From NCBI RefSeq assembly GCF_009914755.1, contig NC_060936.1: a stretch of 64,000 nt of DNA. One strand, written 5' to 3'. The translations under genes and the position numbers were made by a program. The notes below the pieces were generated by a model. That model ran no database searches and was not told where the DNA came from. It saw only the letters and a list, made by a program, of their open reading frames with translations. The stretch is from the human T2T-CHM13v2.0 reference genome, Homo sapiens. Each line of letters starts with the position of its first letter. Position 1 is the first letter of the stretch. Positions 22,073 to 39,340 of this stretch are shown one piece after another.

Positions 22073-23039
22073 TGATCCATCTGCCTTGGCCTCTCAAAGT
22101 GCTGGGATTACAGGTGTGCGCCACCACACCTGGCCAGAAATACAGTCTTAATACTGTGGGACCCTACGGGCCTCTAGAGAATGATTAATTCTGTGGGGGA
22201 GAGGGTGATTATGTAATTTCACTGAAGTAACATTTGAGCTTGGTCTTATGAGATATATAGAATTTTGCTAGGCAGACAAGTAGGGACGGGCATTCCAATC
22301 TTACCTAGGTCAATAATAGGGAGTTTGTACTACCATACTGATAAGAGGTAAGTATGCTTTTTGCCTCTTGGAGAAATATAAGGGAAAGGGTGCGAGATGT
22401 GGAAGGAATCTCATTTAATCCAATGACTCATTAGGTAACACTGGATCAACAAAATGAAGAGCTGAGCCAAGTGGTAGAACTCTCATTTCAAGATTTTGGT
22501 GACTTGGGTTTAAACAGAGTTGGAGAGGGAGATGAAGGTATTTACTGGTTTCTGCTCTATCTTCCCTACTTAGTAAAACTCTCACATTAATCGCAGGGCC
22601 CACCAAATTCTGCAAAAGTTACCGCTTGTTTTCCTATTGCCTCTCATTGAATTGCTTCTATTTCAACTGTCCTGGCAGGGTTTGGTCATAGACCTTCTAG
22701 AAAAGAGTAGTGATGAATTAATTCTTCTGTCAGAAAGATATGGGACTGCATCCCAGTTGCCAAGGAAGGCCTGGGTCTTCTTAATTTGTTTTTAGTCCCA
22801 AAGCAAGTACTTACCTAAACTGAATAGAGGCAGGAACTCTATCCAGTCTAAGCTCTCGATCCTGTCCTGGTGTTCTCTTTAGAGTTCAGCATTTCCTGCT
22901 TCCTTAAGAAGTATAGTGGTATAAGAGGCAGGAGTACCTGACTAGGAGTCCTACATTTACTGCTTAGCAGTTGGCTGTATGGTAACACTTGACAAGTTGA
23001 CTAATTTTATTTTATTTTTTATTTATTTATTTATTTTTT

Positions 23040-24131
23040 GTGCAAATGGTGGCCTTTAATACCAAGAAAGACCATGACAAGTGACAGAACAGGAGCAAAT
23101 TCCCTAGTGTAGTGCCGAGCTAGCCCTTTGCAGGACCCTAAAACCTGATCTAGTAACAGAATAAATCAGTGTATTTACATTTATGTTTGCCCTGAAAACC
23201 CAGGTAAGGTCTGAAGCCTGAGGCATCTCTCCTTCCTTTCCTCCTCCCTCTCTTCCTACCTCCTTGCCTTCGTTCACTTCCTCAATTCATTCCTCTCCCT
23301 TCTCCCTTCCTCTCTTTTCCTTCTTTTCCTTTCTGCTTTTCCCTTTTCTCCTTTTTCTCCTCATTCTCTTTACCATCTACCTATGTGTCCCTCCAAGCCC
23401 CTCTGCTATTTCTCCCCTGCTCACTCCCTCTGCTGTTGTCTCCCTCAGGTTCAGCTTCCGGGGTGGGGAGGCAAGAAAGGGTCCTCAGCTCAGGGAGCAC
23501 TTGTTGGTGTTCTTTATGTCACAAGTTTTCAGGTCAGTACTGGGAGGCTTGTTGCCGTTTCCTGATCTCCGGCCTCCTGACTTGAGCAAGATGTCCCGGG
23601 CCAGGGAACTAAAAGCCTCATCCACATTCATACTGGATTTAGCACTAGTTTCGAAAAATCGGATTCCATGCTCTCGAGCCAACTTATCGGCCTGCTCCTT
23701 CTGCACCTTCCTCTTGGCCTCCATGTCACATTTGTTCCCTAGCAAGAGGTGCTCCACCCCAGCTGAGGCATTCTCCATGATGCTTTTCATCCAGTTCTGA
23801 ATATTCTCGAAAGATTTCTCATCCGTGATGTCGTATGCTAGGATAATGCCCATGGCTCCACGGTAGTAGGCAGTAGTTATTGTCTTGAACCGCTCTTGGC
23901 CAGCTGTGTCCCAGACTTGTAGTTTGATCTTCTTCCCCTCTATATCCACAGTGCGGATCTTGAAATCAATTCCGATGGTGGAGATGTAAGTGTTGTTGAA
24001 GTTGTCCTCTGCAAAGCGAATGATCAGACAAGTCTTGCCCACCCCCGAGTCCCCGATCAGCAGCAACTTGAAGAGGTGGTCGTAGGCTTTGGCCATGGCG
24101 GACACCGGGGGAGCCGGGGAAGGGATGGGGC
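23040..24131 (-). pseudogene. Processed RAB13 retrocopy (short 5'UTR, full ORF, 3'UTR, polyA signal), antisense in RAB5B intron 1
   Basis: Intronless RAB13-like sequence, ATTAAA at 23060-23055, A-rich tail at 23039-23005. Confidence 0.93.
23485..24096 (-). CDS. Intact 203-aa RAB13-like ORF of the retrocopy (expression unknown)
   Basis: Strong Kozak GCCATGG; [20 protein letters not shown] and ETSAK motifs all intact; ends CSLS-stop. Confidence 0.6.
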   Translation of the reverse strand: MAKAYDHLFKLLLIGDSGVGKTCLIIRFAEDNFNNTYISTIGIDFKIRTVDIEGKKIKLQVWDTAGQERFKTITTAYYRGAMGIILAYDITDEKSFENIQNWMKSIMENASAGVEHLLLGNKCDMEAKRKVQKEQADKLAREHGIRFFETSAKSSMNVDEAFSSLARDILLKSGGRRSGNGNKPPSTDLKTCDIKNTNKCSLS

Positions 24132-24427
24132 TATTTATTTATTTTTGAGACGGAATCGCTCTGTTGTCCAGGCTGGAGTGCAGTCGTGTGATCTCGGCTC
24201 ACTGCTACCTCTGCCTCCCAGGTTCAAGCAATTCTCGTGCCTCAGCCTCCTGAGTAGCTGGGATTACAGGCACGCACCACCACACCCAGCTAATTTTTGT
24301 ATTTTTAGTAGAGACAGGTTTTCACCACGTTGGCCAGGCTGGTCTCAAACTCCTGACCTCAGGTGATCTGCCCATCTCGCCCTCCCAAAGTGCTAGGATT
24401 ACAGGTGTAAGCCACCACGCCTAGCCC
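24132..24427 (-). mobile_element. AluS-like element directly upstream of, and co-oriented with, the RAB13 retrocopy
   Basis: Full Alu text; TSD aa(g/a)ttgactaatt at 22994-23006 and 24428-24440 encloses both the Alu and the retrocopy. Confidence 0.9.
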
Positions 24428-24886
24428 AAATTGACTAATTGTATGTGTCTCGGTTTCCTCACCTATAAAATATAGAGACTGGACTAAATGACCTCTAGAC
24501 TGGCTCTGATCTGCCTGACTGACCTTAAGGCTGACAACTGGTACTGGGTTGGACTCCAGTGGCTATATATACCGAGAACTCTGTCTCTGTTGATAGGTGA
24601 TAGACTTCTGGAGACTTCATATGTATTTGGTTTAGGGACTCAAAGCTAACAAGTGGAAGGGGGCTTGAGGAATGGAGTCTTACTCTAGCTGGGACTGCTA
24701 AGACACTTTTACTGTTATGCCTACTTTGCTGCACTGCTTGGGAGAGTTGCCCACATTAAAGAACATCCTCCATGGGTCTCCTGCATCTAGTGGGCTAACC
24801 CATGGTCAGGCCTCAATCCTCCCTAGTTAATGGGTCATTTTATAAGTCATTCTTGTAGAGCCGTACTTCTTTTTTTTTTTTTTTGA

Positions 24887-25186
<300 letters not shown>

Positions 25187-25504
25187 TAAATCTGATTTCT
25201 TCTCTTCTGAGCTAAAAAGGTTGAAAGGAAGAGAAACCTGCCCCATCTCCCTTTTTTTTGTCTCGGGTTTGAAGGTAATAATCATCATACCACTTGACTG
25301 GTTTACCAAAAAAAAAAAAAAAAATTAGTATTTTTGTGGGAAAAAATGAGAATAGAAAATAAATAATTGAATCTTATATGTATTATTTCATTTCTGTACC
25401 ACAGAATTTTTGAGAGTCTAGCTATTATATTTTTTAAATGATACCCTTATAAACATGATAAGATTAAAGATCAAAGCTTAGAGGTGGCTCAACAATTGCT
25501 GTGA

Positions 25505-25681
<177 letters not shown>

Positions 25682-26049
25682 TAGGGTACGAGGTAGTCTT
25701 TTCTAAGTCAGTAGTTACTGATCTCTGAGAATCCAAGGTTGCTTAGTAGCAAGAAAGCTTGCTGACCACATCTGGGCTCTGGCTTGACTTCCCATCTCTG
25801 AGAGTTAGTGACAGAGACTTTGCAACTCAAGCGTGTCTGCAATTGTTTCCTGTCTTTACACTCCCCCAGAGCTCAAGTGATATGTTTAGCCATGAGAATT
25901 CAGTCCATTCTAACTCCCACATTTTCCTGTATTGTAGAGTAGTAACATTGAGGCTTAATATTCTACCCCTTGGATCACATGCTTTGAAATACATAAAAAT
26001 GTAAGGGAGTAAGTTGAAAAAACCAGTAACTTTTTCTATTGTTTCTTGA

Positions 26050-26391
<342 letters not shown>

Positions 26392-27268
26392 TGAGACTCT
26401 CTCTAAAAATGGAAAATAAATTTTAAAATGTTATAATTAAAGATACTCATTTAAATTGAATAAATTTAGCTTTATGAAAAATTTGCTGTATCATCTTTAT
26501 TTTGATCCTTTCGTCATAGGCCATTGAAAACTTAATCATAAAATGGTACATGTATATCTGAATTTTTAAGACTGACTGACCAAGGGGACTACAGAATACC
26601 CAGTAGAATCAAAGTAATTGTCATGTTCCTCTGTATTAATCTAGTCTACTTTGGGACCTTGAGTTCTCACCTCTCATTCTTTTGCTAACTTCCTCTTTAC
26701 CCTTTAGTTATGTCTCCTTTTTTTTTTTTTTTTTTTTCCAGAGATAGCGTCTTGTTCTGTCGCCCAGGCTGGAGTGCAGTGGTGTAATCAGCTCACTACA
26801 ACCTTCAACTCCTGGGCTCCAGTGATTCTCCCACCACAGCCTCTGGAGTAGCTGGGATTACAGGCACATACCACCATGCCCAGCTAATTTTTTTAAATGT
26901 TTTCTAGAGACTCAGTCTCGCTATGTTGCCTAGGCTGGTCTCAAACTCCTCACCTCAAGCAAGGCTTCCCCTTTTATCTCCCAAACCCCTGGGATTACAG
27001 GCATGGGCCGCTCTGCCAGGCCTGTTTTTTCTCTTTTTCTTTCTCTGTACCACTTTCATATTGTGGCTTCTTCCCTGCCCCCGATCTCCCCCCTACCCAC
27101 CCCAGGTGGAGTCTTGCTCTGTTACCCAGGCTGGAGTGTGGTGGCACGATCTCGGCTCACTGCAACCTCCGCCTCCCGGGTTTAAGCAGTTCTGCCTCAG
27201 CCTCCCGAGTAGGATTACAAATGCCGGCCACCAACCACACCCGGCTAATTTTTTTTTTTTTTTTTTAG

Positions 27269-27779
<511 letters not shown>

Positions 27780-29290
27780 TGATCCACCTCAGCCTCCCAA
27801 AGTGCTGGGATTATAGGTATGAGCTACTGCACCCAGGCTGTGGCTGCTTTTTAGGAATATATTGATAACAACTAATATTGAGATATATTTTAATAGCTAT
27901 TAGCACTATGCTAAACACATCTTTCACTTATTATTTGTAGCTATGAGGATGGTATTTTTTCCATTTTACAAAGGTAGAAGGTAAGGCTTAGAGAGGTAGA
28001 GAAATTCTCTTTATATCATATTAGTAATGATTAGTAGCTTAATATTTATTTAGCACTTAGTATCTATCAAATACTTAAAATACTTTAGTTATTTATATGC
28101 ATTATCTCATTTAATCCTTACAACACCCTTATGAAGTAGGTGCTTATAAGGCTATTATCTCATTTTACAGATGAGGAAATGAATGCACACATATATTTAG
28201 TGACTTGCTCAAGGTTCATAGCTAGTAAGTAGAGCTGAAAAACAAACGTGGAGAATTGGACTCCAGAGCCTTTATTCCTCTGAATTGCCTCCTGTATGAT
28301 TTTCTGTCTTTACGATCTAGTAAGTGGGGTTACTGAAAATTTTTAACCCCAGTTTAACTCCAGTCCCACTAATTGTGGTGACAAAATAATGATGTTTCCC
28401 CACATATGCCATAGAGTATGATGTCTGTGAAGTCACTAGGATCTGCTTTGGAAAAGCGAAAGAGTAATTTGAACAAGCAAAGTACAACTCTCAAGCAATG
28501 CTTAGGTTTGGGAGAGAGGTTTTTGCATGCTCTGCCTATGCTAACTTCCCTTTGAATTTCATAGTTCCTTTCCGCTCAGAGTCAGGATGATGAAATGTAT
28601 TCAGATTTAGACGATTAGAATCTCAAAGTCCCAACTCTTCTCTCTGTTCCCTGCCCCACCAGCAGCTTTCTTAGCCCTCTTAGAAGATAGAGGAGCTGAT
28701 TCAGTGTATTCTTTCATCAAATACTGATTGCTTGCAGACTTAACGCCCTATACCATCCTCTGGAGACTTCTGCATGTCTTTAGAAGGTATACCTTTCTCT
28801 GCCTCTAATTTGGAGGGCTACAGCTGTTAGGCCCCTTTGGTGTGGAGGGTAATCTAATCCCTAGGCACCAGCAAGACAGCTGCAAGTTGAGAGTAGGTCA
28901 AGCTTACTGATTCTTGATAGACTTTCAGATTTGGAAAGATGGCAGAAACAAAGTGAAAAAAGAGTTGTTAATGAAACAAAGAGTTGATAATGAATGTGAT
29001 CTGTTGGTTGTATTTCTCTCTTTACCTTCAACCAAAAATGAGAAAGGATAGATTTTGTGGCAATGGGACCCTGGTTAGATCTTTAGAAATGTCTTATCAG
29101 GGAGACCGGTCATATATAAAGGATACAGCAGCAACTACCCTTCTGCCCTTAGGAGTGGTGACTCTTATCCCACACCCCTAGAGTGAATCTCTCATTTTGA
29201 CAAAGAGCTAAGGAAAAATGAAAAGAAGGCCAGGCACGGTGGCTCATGCCTGTAATATCAGCACTTTGGAAGGCCAAGGCGGGCAGATCA

Positions 29291-29568
<278 letters not shown>

Positions 29569-30023
29569 CTAGGGTACCGGTGGGTGGATCTGGATATTCT
29601 TCAGGCCAGCTAAAGGTTGATCACTTTGTGTGACTCAAACAAAAAACTTTGAAGACCTGGTGGGGAATTACTGGGGAATTAAAAACTCTCAGTTTTCAGT
29701 CTCTCTATTTCGGCTCCCTTGGCAGTTAGAGATTATGTGGTAGGGCAGACTCCAGAAGCAGTTCTTATTTTGCTCTTCCCAACTCTTACCACTGAGGATC
29801 AGCTGCCTGGGACCTTCTCAGAGCTAAGTCCTCATAGAAGCAAGGAGATGAAGAGGTTCTATCCTTCTCTGAAAAGCGATTGCAGCTTCAATGGACGTAT
29901 GTTTAATTTTATTCACTTTTTTTTCTTGCAGGAGTGTTGAAGCCTGGAAATCCCCTCCCCTTCCCCCTCCCCCCTTTACAGTATCCCCCTCCCTCCACCC
30001 TTTCCCATTCTGATAATCTGGCC

Positions 30024-30186
30024 ATGACTAGCAGAAGCACAGCTAGGCCCAATGGGCAACCCCAGGCCAGCAAAATTTGCCAGTTCAAATTGGTCCTGCT
30101 GGGAGAATCTGCAGTGGGAAAGTCAAGCCTGGTATTACGTTTTGTCAAAGGGCAGTTCCATGAGTACCAGGAGAGCACCATTGGAG
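30024..30186 (+). CDS. RAB5B: RAB5B exon 2 coding part (exon starts at 29932)
   Basis: GCCATGACT start, [34 protein letters not shown]; donor GAG|GTGAGT. Confidence 0.97.
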
Positions 30187-30215
30187 GTGAGTGCCTTGGG
30201 GTAATAGGAGATTGA

Positions 30216-32643
<2,428 letters not shown>

Positions 32644-33009
32644 AATCTTCTAATTAATTCTTGATGTGACTTTTATCTGAAGCTATTTTCTCTGTCATTT
32701 GTTATTCTCCTATTTTGGTTAGAAGAAGGATGACTCGTATAAGTGCCAGTTCTTCTGTCCCTCTTAGTTTATGATGTACCCCCATTCCTTAGCTAGTGAC
32801 ATTTCTGGCAGGAAGGACTTAGCCAAGGGCAGTCTTAATCCTGGTTTCAAGACTTACATGTAAGGAGAACTCAAAACCTTTTCCTGTAGCTGACTATCCT
32901 GGGTGGTGACTGGTCTTAGTGTAGGGCAGTTACATTTTGAAGGGGGGGAGGGATGTTCCCATTCATCCTCCCACTTACAGCATCTTCCCCTCCATTCTCT
33001 CATCCATAG

Positions 33010-33161
33010 CGGCCTTCCTCACCCAGTCCGTTTGTCTAGATGACACAACAGTGAAGTTTGAGATCTGGGACACAGCTGGGCAGGAGCGATATCACAGCTT
33101 AGCCCCCATGTACTACAGGGGTGCCCAAGCTGCAATCGTGGTTTACGACATTACTAATCAG
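33010..33161 (+). CDS. RAB5B: RAB5B exon 3
   Basis: [27 protein letters not shown]...; 152 nt. Confidence 0.97.
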
Positions 33162-33215
33162 GTAAGTGAGCTAAGAAGACTGTCCTTGTTGGCTGGACAT
33201 GGTGGCTTACGCCTA

Positions 33216-33614
<399 letters not shown>

Positions 33615-33744
33615 TTATCAGAGACCTGTGGTTTCACTGAGGGAAGACCACCTAGAAGAGGTGAATTTTGAGACTCATTTTAAAAGGTGATGGATATGGA
33701 TTGGCAGTCATTCCAGCCTACTCATTCTCTTCATGTTTTCCTAG

Positions 33745-33867
33745 GAAACCTTTGCCCGAGCAAAGACATGGGTGAAGGAACTACAGCGACAGGCCAGTCC
33801 TAGCATCGTTATTGCCCTGGCAGGGAACAAAGCTGACCTGGCCAACAAACGTATGGTGGAGTATGAA
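33745..33867 (+). CDS. RAB5B: RAB5B exon 4
   Basis: [31 protein letters not shown]...; 123 nt. Confidence 0.97.
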
Positions 33868-34422
33868 GTAAGGTGGCCCGTGGAGTTCCTCTCTAACACT
33901 TCCTCTGTTCCTGGGACCTCTTTTTTTCCAAACCAGCCCTCTCTGAAAACGTCAACAGAGGACATTCATTGTCTCATTCCCCAGTTCTACACCAAGTTAA
34001 ATACAGCAACACTGTGACCCTAATGACAGCCAGGAGATTTTCAAAGGAGTCAGGAGAAAACTCCAGAGCAGAGGGTTAGGGAGGTACCAGCTGTGGGGGT
34101 ACCAGTGTGAAAACAGGAAGGAGGGAGCAATTAAATTTGTGGTAAGGGACTATTCAAGTGTCACAACCCAAAAGCCCCCAACTAACTTACCCTCTCCCCT
34201 ATAATTAAGCTTTCTGACATTTGTGTGTTGGACTGAGTGGACATGGGGTCATCTTGAGGGAGTTGTCATTAAATTATGCATCTAGGCTAGCTGGCTCAAA
34301 GGGGTATTAATTAAGGGGAGGGAACCTAGGATTTTGCCTAGCTGTTGTGCTGCATGGGAGTGGAAAGGCAATACTCGTTCCCACCCTACATTCTGAGCAC
34401 TAATACATCCCACTCCTTGCAG

Positions 34423-34516
34423 GAGGCCCAGGCATATGCAGATGACAACAGCTTATTGTTCATGGAGACTTCAGCCAAGACAGCTATGAACGTGAATGAT
34501 CTCTTCCTGGCAATAG
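34423..34516 (+). CDS. RAB5B: RAB5B exon 5
   Basis: [31 protein letters not shown]; 94 nt. Confidence 0.97.
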
Positions 34517-34772
34517 GTAAGGTCAGAACATCCTGAGGTCCTCCTTTTTCCCTCGTTTATAGGCAAAATTATAGCTAACCCAAATCAAGGATAGGTGCGA
34601 GTATCTCCTTTTGCAAAAACTTTAGGTATGGAAATACCTTAACTTTCTGTTATGACCTCCATCCTTGGCTGCAGCTTTAGCTCCCTTGTCTTCAATGTGT
34701 AAGTTTGCCGGCCAGGTGTGGTGGCTAACACCTGTAATCCCAGCATTTTGGGAGGCCGAGGCGGGCGGATCA

Positions 34773-35030
<258 letters not shown>

Positions 35031-35159
35031 TCAGAACATTCTTTTAATCTCTCAAATTCTCCCTTTTCCCCAATTCAGTAGCCGTTTTTGGCGGGTGGAG
35101 GCAGAGGGGTAGGGAAGTAAAGTCTACCATACTTTGTTCTCTTCTCTTTTTATCTCTAG

Positions 35160-35275
35160 CTAAGAAGTTGCCAAAGAGTGAACCCCAGAATCTGGGAGGT
35201 GCAGCAGGCCGAAGCCGGGGTGTGGATCTCCATGAACAGTCCCAGCAGAACAAGAGCCAGTGTTGTAGCAACTGA
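35160..35275 (+). CDS. RAB5B: RAB5B exon 6 coding part
   Basis: [37 protein letters not shown]-stop. Confidence 0.97.
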
Positions 35276-38200
35276 GGGGGTGGCTAGCAGCAAACAAGTA
35301 TGGAGCTAGCACAAGAGCTAAGAAATAACCTCCATCCCTACCCCTCAGCACACAACCCCTACGGTAACAGCACACTGAGCCCTGGCTCCCAAGGGCTGCC
35401 TCCTGACAGCTCCGTCATGGCACTTTTTAACGCTTCAGCAACAAACACCAGGCAGCTGTTGCCACTGGCCTCCTACCCCCTACTCTGGGGCTTGGGGGTC
35501 AACTCCCCCCAGGACTTACCTTCCAAAACAAACTTTCTTCACTTTGTATTATAGGTACAAGACAGCGACTTACGTATCTTTTCTCCTCCTCCCTAGTGTT
35601 CCTCCCCATTTTTTCAGAAAACACTTCTGACTCCTGTCCCTTCCCCTTCTGCTTTTGGTCAGTCCCTGTTCTTGAGCCTCTTTTCTCCTCTCCCCAGGAT
35701 GCAGAAAGTGGTGAACCCAGGAACTGAGGAAGGAGGTTTCCAGTTCATTTACATTAAGGGCCCTGGGGGAGAATAAAGCTCAGAGCAGGAGGGAGTAAGG
35801 AAACATTTCCTTTTTGTTTTTATTTGGTTGGAGTTTCTCATATTTGAAAACATTGCGGTATCCATGATTTGGCCTTGTGGAGGGTGTTCCTAGGTAGAGG
35901 TGAGAATGGGGAGGCAAGATCTCAGGCACCAGGCAGGAGGTGCCTTGTAAGCTAACTGGGCGGAGGTGGAGGTGCAGTGTCAACTGTGGCTCTGTAACTC
36001 TTCAAAGGCCCAGTTTCCCCTCACGCAGCCTCTTAGGTAGCGTTTCCCCTAATCGTGGGGGTTGGACCCCAGAGTCTTCCAAAGAATTTTCACTGGTTGC
36101 CTGCATCTTTGGCTCTGCTGTGATCTGATTGGAGGAGGGACAGTTTCTGGTACCCATCCTCTGATTTATACATATGCATTTTTTCCCCTCTGGCCTTTAG
36201 ATGGCCTCAGCCCCAGCCACCATATACCCCTGCAGTTTGCACTTTAATTGATGGTAGTTCAGTTGGGGTACTTGTTTTATGGAAGTTTTGATTGATTTAC
36301 TTGCCCTCCCACCTTCTTTTTAATTCAATGAAATCTGAGGTTAATGCGAGGTTCGAGGAGAGGTTATAGATAAAACTACCAGTGGCAGCTACTCAAGTCC
36401 TATCTCCACTGTTAGCTTCCTCCAACTCTAATTATTAACCTATATTCTTGCCAAGCTAACTATTGACTATAGGTTTGCCTTTCCTGGAGAATTAATTGAG
36501 CAATTGAGGAGTGTCTCAGGATAGCACAGGCCAAGGTAGGGGAGTAAAAAGGAGGTCAGGCAAAAGGGAGGAGTTTTCTGTCCTTTCCCAGGTTTCACAC
36601 TCAATTTGATATCCATTACCATGTCTTTTCTACTTCCTTGTAAATAGGTATGATCTTTATTCCCACTGTACAGTCTGTTCTATCCTCTGCCTCCCATCAG
36701 GCCCTGTTTCTTTGTTCCTTTGTTAATATCTTGAATTTAGTCCCTCCATCCTTAATCCCCCCATCCCTCCCCATCATGCAACCAGTGGTTTAATCCATGT
36801 ACCAATAGGGGCTAGTACCACAGAGGCCTCCTGTGGTGCCCTCGTATCATACCACCTGTTCCTGTGGAGAGGGAATGACCGGCACTGAAGGTACCTTACA
36901 ACTGGCTCATATTATCAGAGGACCTTGGTCCTTTCTAAATCTCTAGTCTCTCTTCATATCCTTCATCAGGTGTTTTAAGATGTCTCTGAGAAGCCATCAA
37001 GGCAAAAGAGAACTTTAAGTTCCTTGTTCCAGCCCGGAGTTTTGGGAAAGAAAGAAAGGAAAGGTCACAGTGACCTAGGATTGGAACCTTCCTGCCCTTT
37101 TGGCTTGCAGACTGCCTTCTATCCCAGAACAGCTGAGAAATCTATGAAGCTGAGATTCTGAAGGACCCAGCTTAGGTTCTTCCACTTAGGCCTCAATTCC
37201 CTTCCTTTTCCAGGGGCAGCCTTAGTTCCCATGGCCCTGAAACACACACATTTCCCCCTTCCTTTCCCAGAAGCCACTGGCCCCCCATAGCACCCAGTGC
37301 ATCCTTTTTACAAGTGGAAGAACTAGGATGGCTTTCCAAAGTCTTCTAGAAATGAAGTTCTTTCTCTGTGCAGCTTTCCCCCTTGGAGCAGGAGTGAAGA
37401 TGTTTCATTATCTTGGGCCTGGGAAACCACTTCCCCAGGCTTCTCCCTCCCCCCACCCCCATAGGAACAGGATTTGGCCTTAGCTTCTGGGCCTATCGGC
37501 TGCCTTCCCTCTACTTCCTACCACCTCTTCTGCCTTCCTTTGAGCTCTGTTGGGCTTGGGGATCTTAGTTTTCTTTTGTTTATTTCCCAGCTCATTTTTT
37601 TCTTCTGGTCAGTTTTTTTAAGGGGGGGTGTTGTGGTTTTTTGTTTTTGTTTTGCTTCTGAGAAAGCATTTGCCTTTCTTCCTCTCCCAACATAACAATC
37701 GTGGTAACAGAATGCGACTGCTGATTTACCGATGTATTTAATGTAAGTAAAAAAAGGAAAAAAAGAAAAGGGCATTGGAGTGTTGCTTTTTTTTATTTTA
37801 TTGTTATTATTATTATTATTTTTGCTATTTGTCAGGTACTAGGAATTTGGAAGAAAGGATACCCAGTAATGTTCTACTGAATCAGAAACACACCTTTCCC
37901 TGCATCTTGATACATCTTTATTCCCTTTAATCTTTTCTTAAACATCTAGTTTAGAAAATAGCCCTTCTATTGCTATTTAATCACCCCTCTTCTAAGGCCA
38001 CTAGATTGTTCATCAAATCAAACCCTATTATATCTTTTTAGGCCCTCTTAACAGAATGTATATGTGTAGGGTATGGTCTGTGGATCTTTGGGCCCACTGA
38101 TCAGATTAGAGAGAGGGGTGCTATTTGAAGTAGTATACAAAAATGTATGTGCATATTTCTTTTTTTTTTTTTAATTGAGACGGAGTCTCTGTCGCTAGCC

Positions 38201-38980
38201 TGGAGTACAGTGGCACGATCTTGGCTCACAGCAATCTCCGCCTCCTGAGTTCAAGTGATTCTCCTGCCTCAGCCTCCTGAGTAGCTAGGATTACAGGCAC
38301 GCACCAACACACCCAGCTAATTTTTGTATTTTTAGTAGAGACGGGGTTTCACCATGTTGGTCAGGCTGGTCTTGAACTCCTGACCTCGTGATCCACCCAC
38401 CTTGGCCTCCCAAAGTGCTGGGATTACGGGCGTGAGCCACTGCGCCCGGCCGTATGTGCATATTTCTAGGATCCATTTCTATATGTTTCTCAAAGGGGTC
38501 CATGACCCAAAGGTTGAAAAACATCACTGAGTTAGTTTTCTTGTAGCTTCCACCTCAACGGGAAAATTTCCTCTGGATCTGCTCTTGACTCCTAGTGTAC
38601 TTCAAACCCTTCAGTCCACCACAGTCTAAAGGTCGAGGGAAGGGAAATGAAATAGGATTATGTGTGGTTGCAGTAGGCTTTAAATTCCAAAGAATCTGAA
38701 GGTGGATAGGAAAGAGGACTGGTGCCAGACAAATCTGACATTCTAGGCCTGTCTCTGTCAACTTAACCAGCTGTGGCCTTGATCAAGTTAGTTAGTGCCT
38801 TCCGCCTCGTTTCTTCATCTGTAAAGTAAAAGCTGAAGATTAAGGTCAATTATGTAAAGTATGTGTGTCACACAAAAGTAGATGACACTATTAGGAAGGA
38901 GGCTTTTAGATAGTCCCTAACTGACTTCTCTGTATCTTCCTTTGGCTGAGACTTTTTTTTTTTTAGGTTGAAGCTCGCTT

Positions 38981-39035
38981 TCTCTCTCTCTCCCTCTTTC
39001 TCCCTCTCTCTCTCTCTCTCACTCTCTCTCTCTCC

Positions 39036-39067
<32 letters not shown>

Positions 39068-39076
39068 TTTTTTTTT
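38981..39076. repeat. Compound (TC)n(TA)n(T)n microsatellite
   Basis: Direct reading. Confidence 0.92.
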
Positions 39077-39340
39077 AACAACTGGTAGGATAGGTTGGGC
39101 ATTAGCCTTCTTCAGTGATTTGATTGTATACAGATTGAAATCCTTTCCATTTCCAAACACTTAAGAGCCAAAGCCAACTTGCCAACTTTTCACTGTCGGT
39201 TCCCTTACCTTATATCTCTTGGTAATACCCCCCACCCCCGTTCCCTGATTCCTGGTAAAAGCTCTAGTTGGAGAGCCGAAAGGAAAGGAAATGATCTTTC
39301 AAAATTAAAGGTGAACACCTTCACTTAAACTGATTAAAAT

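Noticed and set aside
23264-23800. 178-aa hydrophobic plus-strand ORF
   Set aside because: Antisense of the RAB13 retrocopy and its purine-rich 3'UTR; the Phe/Leu run comes from the pyrimidine tract
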